A stretch of 64,000 bases of DNA, from contig NMRA01000185.1 in assembly GCA_002633005.1 (NCBI GenBank), positions 341,921 to 405,920 on the forward strand, given 5' to 3'. The DNA comes from Phoronis australis. Taxonomy: Eukaryota; Animalia; Phoronida. Positions 50,801-61,391 of the stretch are shown in pieces (position 1 is the stretch's first letter; every line of letters begins with the position of its first letter). The translations under genes and the position numbers were made by a program. The notes under the pieces were generated by a model. It saw only the letters and a list, made by a program, of their open reading frames with translations. It did not search any database and was not told the DNA's origin.

Positions 50801-53128
50801 AGCAAATATTGGACACAATTTGTATGTCATTCTGCGGCGAAGATGTTAACACCCAGCACCTTACATTTTGCAAAAAAACAAATGTACATAAGGACTTTGG
50901 CATCATGATGGACGTGATGTTTCCAATGAACGCGCATGTGCAGTGAGCAGGAGATGGGATGTACTGTCAATACACGTGTTTTCAACAATCAGTCAGTGGG
51001 TGGCACACACATGTCGAAAAGCAACGCTGTTGACATGGTAGGGGGTTACGTTCTCCAAAGTGCTGGCGTTGTCCACCCACAGTCACACCATCATAATTAC
51101 AGTTCTAAACATTATGGTGATCTGTCGGGCCCAGCCATATGTAGGTACCCACCCTTCTAGAATCACCGAAGTATTCCTTACTAAAATTGTTGATTTTCCA
51201 GTAAAGTAAAATTAATGCGTAAAAAAAATTAATTTTATTAACATAACCTTATGCTTGGGCGGCGCACCATAGGGGGCGGGGGCTTGGGGGGTGGGGGGTG
51301 GGGCTTTAGCCTCCCACTTATTTCAGTGCTGCGACCCCGATGATGTGTCTTCGCACAGCGAAGAAGGGCTTTGTATTTCCACCAACTAACACCGGACAAA
51401 ATTATATTTTCGGCAACGTCTTACATAAACCACCTGTAATGTCTTTCGCCTCTGCACGTGATGCCGATGTATTCCTTATAAACCCAAAAAAGCATGATTG
51501 AGTTTGGCCTCTGATTAGAAAATCAAGTGTGTTGCACTTTTTTGTGCGGTAGTTTTAGTTGCTCATTTTTCAAAAAAAAACACCCTCGAGGAGCAAAATT
51601 AATGCAGAATTTCTTTTTTGTTCATGCGCTTGGCAAATCATGGCGACAATAAAAACTGTCTTACCCTTGCTTACTTGCCTTCAATGTGGCCCAAAGTTGA
51701 CATTGAAAAAAGATGGCACTACGAAAAAATCACTTTTCTCCTTGGTCCGTGGCGGAAAGATTTTCTTCTTGGTAAAATGTCATCTTTTTTAATACCAACT
51801 TTAGGCCTTTGTGTGGTTTTTCAAAAAGAAAATTTTTTGTTTTGGCTGAAATTAATGCTTTCGGGTTTATTCGGTGGGCGCAGGTCTCTAATGAGTCGGG
51901 AGCACACCTGAACCAGTTATGCTTTTTTACCGGCCTGTTGTACCAATTTGCATTGTTTCAGATTTATTGAAAGTGAGTAACCAGATCAGTGACATCACTA
52001 TTCTTCCTCGGTGGCCCGTTGAAAGTGATTTCCTCCATCTCAATCAGTTGGCTTTTGAAGTGAGCCGGTGGGCGTCGCTCGTGTTCAATGCGTTTGTTAT
52101 GAACTGTCATTCATGAACGGTCGCTTCCATAGTGTAGCCGTGTTCGAACAACTAAGCAAGTACTAGATGAATTACTGGATGAAAATAATACCGTTAGACT
52201 AGATTATAGCACATTATTCCCAACAGCGGAAGGTAAGCACGGAGCTAAGGTAACTAACTATTGCGACGCCTTTTAGGCTACCTGGTTTCAGCTCTGATAC
52301 GGTAGACTTTGCTGTTGACCATCAGTCCTCGTCAACTAGTCGTAAGATGACATATGACATATTTCTTCTGGGACCCGAGTATTTAACATTTCAGCGTAAA
52401 AACATGGTGGCATGATTGTAGGCGTTTCAGATTTACAAGCAATAGTTCTAGAAACATATTGGGTATGTAGGGCCTAACTTCAGGGTTGGGGCGGAGCCCC
52501 TTCAGTGTTTGACGATCCTGACCTCAACATGGGTCTGTATGATACGTATCACTCCATTCATGTCCACTCGCTGTTAAATGTGGGTAGGTCGATCACTGTT
52601 CCATTGAGTGAGCTTTAAATCATACAATTAGGATAGACGACCGCACTTTCTCCTTCGCGTACCGAACGGACGTTCTCATGCAGTGATCTCCCGGCATCGT
52701 GTTTTTCTCACGAACACCCGAGTTTTCTCACTACATTGATGTGTCCACTTTCTCATGCCACCGCTTTACAACCTCATCCTCTTCCTACGAGCACCGCATT
52801 CTCATGAAGCGTAGCACACGAGTTCTCGTGCCGTTTTTAAAATTGGCTGACCTAACAACTCATCAAAAACTCACTTCTTAGAAAAAGCTTGTTGAATTGC
52901 GTGTTGCCTAGGTTCACGAGCGTAGAAAAAGTGTCGTGGTTCCTGGGGAAAGAAATAAACGATGTTCGTGTGAAAACGCTCTCAGCAGTTCTGTTTTTGG
53001 CACCCTTTAATCGGTCACGGTGAAGAACGAATTTTCTCAGAGAGAAGAGAACACGTGTCTACGTATTTGCATTCGCGTGTACGCCCATGATTCGTTGTAT
53101 TGTTTTATTTTCAGGTATAGAAAGTAAA

Positions 53129-53184
53129 ATGTCCCGTGCGAAAAAACGGGAATTCGTCAAGGTCATCGTACTAGGTGATAGTGG
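53129..53184 (+). CDS. Rab7-like coding exon 1 (MSRAKKREFVKVIVLGDSG)
   Basis: Acceptor ttattttcag ends at 53114, 14 nt before the ATG, implying an upstream non-coding exon; donor GG|gtgagt. Confidence 0.88.
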
Positions 53185-56100
53185 GTGAGTATCATCTCCC
53201 GAAAGGACAGCTTAATTAGTCTCAGCTTCAACGAGGGCATAAAACGCAAATTATAAACGAGGATGTTCGACTACTCAAATTATCTCTCAAACCTTTCCAT
53301 GAGAAAGAGGTTTCCGTCCCCATTCTGATCATTCTAGACTGGGTTTCAAGAAAAGTTGGTGTGTTGCATAATCTCGCGAAGACTTGTTTTTCACGATTTT
53401 CGATACTGCGCCCGCGTAACGCAACACGTGGGCAATGACAAGAACTGAGTGTTTCAAAATGCCACCAGGTTTGACCGTGACTCATTGCTACACTGGGCGG
53501 CTTTATATCAATCACTGGCGATCTCTCACTCATTTTGACCGCCGAAAATAAATCGCTATAGTGACAAGGAAAATGTTGAGACCATTTTGTTAGAGTAACA
53601 ACTTAGTAAGTTCTTTTGAGGTCATGGTGTGTAGGCCCAGTACAATTTGAACTGACGTGTGTTACTTGTTTCAAAGCAACATTAAGGAGACAATTAGACC
53701 TGAAATTTTGCATTCCTGGGCTTGCGCGATTGTGTGGTTACCGAAGATTGGCTGTAATCACTAGGCTTATGCATGGTGGCGAGGTTATCGTGACCATCGA
53801 AAAATGACCTAACATTGCCATATTTTTCGTGGAAATTCAAGCCTTATCGTTAGGTTTCTTGACAACTTCGAAGCCTAGCGAAGTGTCCTTTTTTACTGAA
53901 AACGAATTTGCTGTTCAGCGGTTCGTAGCCAGTTGGTTTAATTGAATGAGAGCTTGTTCTGACCGTTAGGAGGTGTTCCGTGAATGATGACACTAACGGG
54001 TGAAGTTATTGTGATTATATTACTCGTGCTTCGATCGNAATTTCCGGACATGCGCAATCGTTAAATCGATTCGGTTGCAACTCCGCTATTGAATGAGAGC
54101 AATCCCTGGTGTTTCGCTTGTTCTGACCGTTAGGAGGTGTTCCGTGAATGATGACACTAACGGGTGAAGTTATTGTGATATATTACTCGTGCTTCGATCG
54201 GTAGCAAAGGATGGCGATATCGCAAGGAGTCTTACGCGATCCTCGCCTTTCTCCGAAGAAACATGGTCCACGAATCCCAGTTCTGGTTTATTACTTGTTC
54301 AATATTTTCACTTGTGTTTCAGTGTCGGCAAAACCTCACTCCTGGAATGTTATGTAAACAAAACGTTCACTGACGAATACAAACCCACTGAGGTCGCAGA
54401 TTTCTATTCAAAGCAGGACAGTTTGGAAGGCATAAGTTTCGATATGCAGGTATTATTCAAGCGTGCATGGAACCAAAAAGAATTTTCAACAGTGTTTGTT
54501 CCCCAATATCAATCAAACATTTCATAAACCGAATCCACCAAAGTAGGCGAACTCTCTATCCAAATACAGCTCATTTACACCATGGCATCGTGTTTTTCTT
54601 GGTTTTGTTGATCATCGAAATAACAGCAGAATGCAATAAATAATTTTATTTTTTTGTTGTTTTTCATCATAATTCACCTACGAGACTGTGACCCGTGGAA
54701 CCATGAACTCGAACGCACTTATGGCTTTTCATATTAACTTATCCTTCGGTCGAGAGAATTCATTTTGATACTCTTAGTTGATAAAAGAAAGCAAAGTCAA
54801 AAAAATAAAATCATGACATGAAAATTTACATAGACCCTATATAGGCGAACAAGTGCGTATGGGACTTTTTATAGTCTATTGAACTTATCGTAATAAATGA
54901 GAAGAAGTAAATCCATAAAGAGCCTTTCCTTTTGTCAAGTTGAAAATAATGTACACGTAAGATTCAGATGCAACATGGGCTGTTTCTTCTCACGATCCGA
55001 CTCCCTAGGATACATGATGTAGTTCTATTCGCAGTCTTAGGAGAACGAAAAGCATAACTGGCCCTGCGCCTGAGTCATTTTGTCACTCTTCAGGTAACGC
55101 TGGGTAAAGAAAAAAGGATACTGGTCCATTTCAGCTGGAATCATGTAACATTTGGAAAAAAGGTGTCCGACTCATTTCCGGTGGCCTATGGTGACTTTCT
55201 GTTTGTGAAAATGGGTTGAACTAGTAAAAGTACGTCATCACATTATGCATTTTTAACACAAAAGATCAGTAGCCCCTACCAATTTTTCCATTTTTCGGTC
55301 ATATCCGCAACACACTTCAGGTCAATATCAGGGGAAAGAACAAATCTCGTGAGCACTTCGCAATTGTGTCACGTGCAATGTTTTGTCACCGAATACCTGT
55401 TCATCGGACATTTTGGCTATCCGCTACGAAATTTTTCTCAGCAGTCGCTTCACATGAATTAAAGGTTTCGAGGCAGTGGTTCTTAGACTTAGCTATGTTG
55501 GGAGCAACGGGAACTCGGAACTCTCCTCGTGTATGACGTTTCGTTCCTTGCTACGAAATTCATTATTATTAACGCTAGAATCCAGACTGCGTCACAGATG
55601 TCTAATGCAAGTAGCTCACTGCGCAGTGCAACGTCTGGGTATAGTTCATTAGCTGTCTCGTGACTAGAAAAAATAAAGTAGCCAAAATGGCGTGTTCTCG
55701 TTTAAAACACACGATAATATCTCACGTAATCTCGCAGTTTCTAGCATTACTGAAATCTACCCTGATTGAGTCACGGGCGCTTCTGTCTTCGCAGATGTGG
55801 GGGAAGGCGGGAACAGAAAAGTACCAGGCCACTGAATGCAAATCCTTCTTTTTGGGTGCGGATTGTTGTATGATGGTGTTCGATGTGACGAAGGCTGACA
55901 CATTCAAAGCACTGGACAGCTGGCGCCATGTGTTCTTCACTCACGCTGAAACATGGGAGAACTTCCCCGTTGTTGTTATTGGCAACAAGGTTGACTTGAC
56001 TTACAGAGTCGTCGTTAAAGGTTCTGAAAGAGAGGTGGACATGACTTTTATGCTTACGTTGATTTTGTTCTTCGTGGTTTTGAGTAACGGTCTTTCTAAA

Positions 56101-56889
56101 TGCATGTCTAATTATTAAGAGCGGCCGCTGGCTGGCACTCCGCCGGGTCTATATTGCACTCAAGTCACCAATGTTCTAGCTTGCAACCTGGTTTTCTACG
56201 AAGCGGTGCCGAATTCAAAAGGATACTGAACCCTGTTTTGGCGATTTCAGCCAATCACCTTTGGGACGCCACCATTGTTTTTCTTTGTTGGATATAACAA
56301 TACATGTTGCACGGATATCGTACCTTGGGCGGACATCAGCCGGTTACCGAAACGCTTGTCATTATCTTTATTTTAACAAAGAAAAACAAAGTAAACAATG
56401 GATACGCCACTCTATCGATTTCTATGCTACCAGCTTGCGACGGGACCTCAAACCCATGCAGATTTTTTGTAAAGGTGAGTGATCAAAGCCGGCCGCGTCA
56501 CGCTATATCAGGCTTACTTGCATCCTCTCAAAACAAACAGAGTGTAACCATTACGAGTGCATTTAGCTTAGTGATATCTCGAGAGGAATTGCCTGAAAAA
56601 TTTCTTTTTACTTGCTGAGCTGTTACGTTTGACTAGACTCAATTTTACTATGTTTCAGGTGTCCACCCGTGAGGCACAAGATTGGTGTCGTGGTAACGGT
56701 AACATACTATATTTCGAAACTAGTGCTAAGTCGGATATAAACGTAGAGCAGGCGTTCCAAGCAGTAGCGAAGAGTGTGGTAACACTACAGCGAGAGAAAC
56801 TGAAGTTAAGAAAGGAAATGGATAATCAGATTAAACTTACAAATGGACAAGACCAAGATAATAGAAGCTACTCTGTGTGTCAGATCTGA
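53129..56889 (+). CDS. Divergent Rab7-like small GTPase, 4 coding exons, ~209-210 aa
   Basis: Exons 53129-53184, 54323-54449, 55795-56010/56013 (donor ambiguous) and 56659-56889. G1 KVIVLGDSGVGKTS, G4 GNKVD and G5 YFETSAK are present, along with Rab7 signatures GADCC..FDVT, TFK.LDSWR, ENFP.VV.GNK and AQ.WC. No symbol is given because G3 and the C-terminus deviate, so it is probably a paralog rather than RAB7A itself. Confidence 0.88.
54323..54449 (+). CDS. Rab7-like coding exon 2 (VGKTSLLECYVNKTFTDEYKPTEVADF...MQ)
   Basis: gtgtttcag acceptor, CAG|gtatta donor, 127 nt. Confidence 0.9.
55795..56013 (+). CDS. Rab7-like coding exon 3 (MWGKAGTEKY...GNKVDLTYRV(V))
   Basis: tcttcgcag acceptor. The 3' boundary is uncertain because only weak phase-0 donors follow 56007, 56010 or 56013. 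Confidence 0.8.
56659..56889 (+). CDS. Rab7-like last coding exon (VSTREAQDWC...FETSAK...SVCQI*)
   Basis: tgtttcag acceptor; TGA at 56887-56889. Confidence 0.9.
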   Translation: MSTREAQDWCRGNGNILYFETSAKSDINVEQAFQAVAKSVVTLQREKLKLRKEMDNQIKLTNGQDQDNRSYSVCQI

Positions 56890-57106
56890 GTTCGCGCTGT
56901 GGACGCTTTACATCTTTTTTGGGAAATGGCCTTGAATTACTTGATCTAATACATGATTTTCTAATGATTTGAATTCTATTGCTTCAAATGATTTTGTCGT
57001 TATTTCCATCGTTCGCGAATTGTACATTTTCCTGATCATACGAAAATACAATAGTTAAACTTTGAGTAAATCGAATATTTTTATAGTGAACTCTGTATCT
57101 CAAATT

Positions 57107-57780
57107 ATTATGCGCCCACATATTTGTTGTTGACGCATTATGCCGTCATCCCTGTTCGTCCGCACGGCGTCCGCTGTTGTATCTCCAAAGCCCCTGGATG
57201 GGGCTTTATGAAATTTTACAAAAAAAAAATGTTCCATTCACAGGTGGGACGATATGAACGCTGGTGTGCCCCTTAAAGACAATTTTACGTTTTACCTCTG
57301 TACTGGTCATGATATTTGATAACAGTTATCTATCACGAAGCCACCTTCCCATTTTTATGTACCCACATATTTATATGTGGGTGCATATTGCCGTCATCTC
57401 TGTATGGGCGTCCGGGCGTCTGGGCGTCCTAGCGTCCGGCGTCCGCGGCTAGTATCTCCTAAACCACTTACAGGATATTATTGAAATTTGGCAGGTGTGT
57501 TCCTATGGGGTTGACGACAGAGGGCGACGAGTTTTGGACCGACCCGAATTCTGCTGTGCCCCCTAGTGGCAATTTTAATTTTTCACGTTTGCCTTTACCT
57601 TCAAAGGTCCTCAACCAATTTTCATGAAATTTGGCACATAGGCATCTTAATGAGTTGACGCTATCCTCCCGCTTTTGGACAGATTCGAGGAATTTTGCGC
57701 CATCTAGTGGCCATTTTTACAATTTTTGAGTTCGTTGTTTGGCGTCCGACCCTAGCTCTGTCTACCAAACCACTCTAAGG
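57107..57780. mobile_element. HINE/DINE-1-like element fragments, same family as 32228-35699 in the opposite orientation
   Basis: tatgcgcccacatattt and tttttatgtacccacatatttatatgtgggtgc terminal hairpins, (gtcc)-type runs, and the monomer motif gcgccatctagtggccattttt. Confidence 0.7.
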
Positions 57781-58358
57781 ACAGGCCCGTAGGATGTAGG
57801 ATGGAAAAAATTATTGGGGGGCACAAACCAATTTGACTTCGCCAACCAACCCCCTTGCTATCGTCAACCACTCCCCCAACCCCNGGCAATACCGAGGATG
57901 CAGCCATCAGGATTTGAGTAACCGTGAACCAACAAAGTTTCACGGAGAGTAAGAATGGGTCTAGGGCCAGAGCACTGACGGGTAGTTGGGAGCTGCGTGA
58001 AGTAACTATAGCTGGGTTCCAACAGTGGCTTCGTACCAGTATTCCTCTGCTGTGAGTTGAAGGTCAAGGTTTGTTATATTATGATACAGTTTCGGGGAAA
58101 ACTTTTATTGGCCATTCTTTGAAGAAAGGTGAGGTCCCGAGGTGCCTGGTATGAGTGCCTTTGTGGCCGTTTCAGAATCTCTAGATGAAACACAGCCTGT
58201 AGTCCAGTTTCTGGTTGCTGGGGGAAATGATACAGTGTGTGTCCCAAAAATGTACACACTTCAAGACCTGGAGTTCAAATTCAGTTCCCGCGGGTAACTG
58301 AGATTCTATGCAGGCCTACTTCATGGTCACACCTTATTTTTAATGTGAATGTGTCATT

Positions 58359-58609
58359 CATGCTTGCACCCAGGGGCGGGGGACTCGGGGGGAACGAGCC
58401 CCCCTCCCCCTATTTGGAAAAGTGGGCAAAAAGGTCCGCTTCAACGAAACATAAAGAGAGAGAAAAGTCCACTAAGGCAGGAATTCAGCGTATGCACAAT
58501 TCATAGCCCTGAAAAAACCCGTATTCTGTCTTTTTTCTTTAGTAAAAGGTCCACATCCTCAAACATTCGAGCCCCCCCCCCTCCTATGTTTTAGGCTGGG
58601 TGCGCGCAT
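58359..58609. mobile_element. MITE inserted in unit 1 of the duplication
   Basis: TIRs atgcttgcacccag / ctgggtgcgcgcat; the same right end occurs at 27086-27100; absent from unit 2. Confidence 0.65.
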
Positions 58610-61234
58610 ACCGCGTGTAGTATGCACGGGAAATGCAAGCAGACGATTCAGTTTTGAAGAACAAAAATTCAATACGCAATACTACTGGAAACTTAAAACA
58701 TCAAGGAAGTGCAAAGAGAACCTTTCCAATTTGATGACCAATTAAGTACTTAAACTTCTTTTTCAATCTACGGTTTGTAAACTTAAACCCAGTAATCTAG
58801 TTCCTACGCTAATAAGCAATAATTTATTGCCATTTGAATTGTGAGAACATTTTGGGACAATTTGTAGAGCTGTCCGAAATTCATCAATTTTCTTGAGACT
58901 TATTTCAGATAGATAAAACTAGTTTAGTGTACTTTTATATTTGGGGATCTGATGATATATCTAATTTTCCCAATGTCGGCCTGCAACTAAGTTCATTGAG
59001 GCATTGTCATGTCTTACAGGATTAGCTTCTACCTGTCAAAAAATCACCTCTCATTCAGTCCATTTTCATAGATACATAAACATGTATATCAGAAACCAAC
59101 AATCAAATTCATGAGCAATGCGTTTACCTTGATTTAATGACTTTATTCCTTTTTGATCACCTGTTAGTGAGTTTAAACAACAAATCTTGTACCGAAGACA
59201 AAAAGCAACGCATTTATTGTCAATTGAATTGTGAGTAAATTTTTGGGAAGTGTCCAAATTTCATCAATGTCTTTGAGAGTTATTTTAGACAGGCGAAAAG
59301 CGTCCAAGTGCACTTTAATATTTGGGGATCGGATTATAGAGTTTTTCCATATTCAGGCTTCAACTTAATTCCCTGAATCGTAATAATTTTTAAAAAGATT
59401 AGCTTGTAATTGCTAAAAATCATTTATTAACCTGTCGGTTTTCGTAGACACACAAACATGTCAATCAGAAACCAACAAATTTCGCAGGCATGCTCACAGA
59501 TTTTTGACGGGTAACCGGGGGAAAATGGGAGATCGGGCATTCACAGTATTTTTGCTCATTTCCGAGGTACCTATAACGGTTCACAAGTTGAACTTGAGCT
59601 CAAAAAAGCTGCAATATTTGTTTATTATTGCGAGTATTTGAGTACACCAATGGTAGCCTCGACAGCAGTGTTTTCCACATGTGGGAATTCCTTAGAAACA
59701 ACTCACAGTAACCGTCTTCAAAAGAGATACTATTCTTGTGATACTAAGGGAAACAGTAACATTATTTTATAACTAACCATCGGAAATAGTCCTTTTGTGT
59801 AATTCACAAATAGTGGTCTTCACGTTCTCCAAAATTCCACCCTTTCGATGGCGGTCAATTCTATTGTATTTTTCACGTGTTTTGGTTGTTTGGGTGGAAT
59901 GTCCTCATACTTCTGGGCTGTGCACGAATGTTCTGTGTTTTTTGATGAATTTGGAATCTCAACTTCTCTCGTGAATACTTGGCAGTTGCGGACTTACATG
60001 TATAGAGGGACAAAGGGATTAGTCTCCGAACTGCTCCACCGAGAGAGGGTCCCGTCTGAAATAGGACACCTTAATTATGAAAGGCTAAACATAATCTAAG
60101 CTTGGAAAAGAGTGACAGCTTATTCCACCGCCGCGTGGTCACAAGACGGTGCAGGAAGTGACCTTCCTCAACATGAAAGTCGGTTACACGATTTCACAAA
60201 AAAGCAGGAAACCAAACGTAATCGAGTCCAACTTTGCGCCCTCTATCTGTGAGTGGACACTTAAGAATTTGTCAATAAGATCATAAAAAGGATGGCCACT
60301 TGAATGTCATCAATGGCCACCTTCAAGGGTGGGGCCCTCAATATGAAAATATCTATATTTTGAAAATCAAGAAATGTGCAGGCAGTTGATGATATCTGTC
60401 AAATCATCAATTTCTCAAGTGATATGCAGTTTCGAGAAAAAATAAAGTGAAAGTTGTCTCCGTTATCCCTTGCCAGATAGGGGCACCTGGAAAAATATAG
60501 TTTTGTATTCGCAAAATTGTGAATATAAAAATCCAGTAAATTAGTACGCTCCGCAAAAGCTTCGCTTTACAAATTTTCTCGATTTTTCGAAACATATGAT
60601 TGATTTCATGCACGTTTTCAAATGTGTTTAGACGACCTGTGCTGCAAAAGCAGAGACCCTACCGACGATGTCCTGGCCAGTTCGAGAAAAAAGCGACAGT
60701 TGTCTCCGTTATGCCTTCCCAGAGATGGGCCTCTGGAAAAATGTGGTTTTGCAATCGCAAAATTTGACTTATTGAATTTAAAAAGACAGCAAATTAATAC
60801 GATCCGCAAAAAAGCTTCGCTTTACATTTGTTTTCAATTTTTCAAAATATATGCATACGTGCATGTTTTCAAGTGGGTTTAGATGACCTGTGCTGCGAAA
60901 GCGGAGACCCCAACAACAGTGTCCTGGCCAGAGTCCTCAAAAGGTAAACCATGCACTGATACAGAGTTGTTAAATGTTCTCTGGAATTTTGTCTCTTATC
61001 CGCATTTAGCAGTCTTTCTTTTCTCGACTCCCCCGTCCCACGCGTATGTCGGTTGCCACGGTTTAACCCTGACGCCTGAAAAATTTTTGGGGGCCCGTGC
61101 CCCCCCGGTCCCCCCGTAAAAAGTATTGGGGAAGCACAAACCATTTCGACTCCGCCAAACAAATCCCCCCTCGCCCCCCCGTGCTCCCGATGCCACCATA
61201 CCGAATCTCCCACGTCCGACCTAGGTGGGGGGCA

Positions 61235-61391
61235 CAGTGGCGGATTTAGGGGTGGCCAAGGAGCCATGGTCCCCCCTAAAATTATCCCAGATTCCATTGG
61301 CAGTTCGGGGGTGCGAATTTCTGTCGGGTAAAACACTGGCTTATACTCTGCCCTGCCCCCCCCCCAACTCAAAATCCTGGATGCGCCCCTG
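61235..61391. mobile_element. GC-rich MITE family C copy, inserted in unit 2 of the large duplication
   Basis: cagtggcggatttagg ... cctggatgcgcccctg; absent from the corresponding site in unit 1. Confidence 0.75.

Noticed and set aside
44838-53128. Shared bidirectional promoter for EEF1AKMT2 and the Rab7-like gene
   Set aside because: The start codons are 8.3 kb apart with intervening repeats and no TSS evidence. A candidate non-coding exon donor at 52233 (aag|gtaagc) is unverified.
53941-54199. Near-identical ~95-bp direct duplication in Rab7-like intron 1
   Set aside because: The first copy ends exactly at a single N (~54038), so it is most likely a contig-join or allelic-overlap artefact.
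60869-61372. Longest ORF in the track (167 aa, minus strand)
   Set aside because: It spans a GC-rich MITE and the duplication junction, has no domain similarity, and is not preserved in the second unit.
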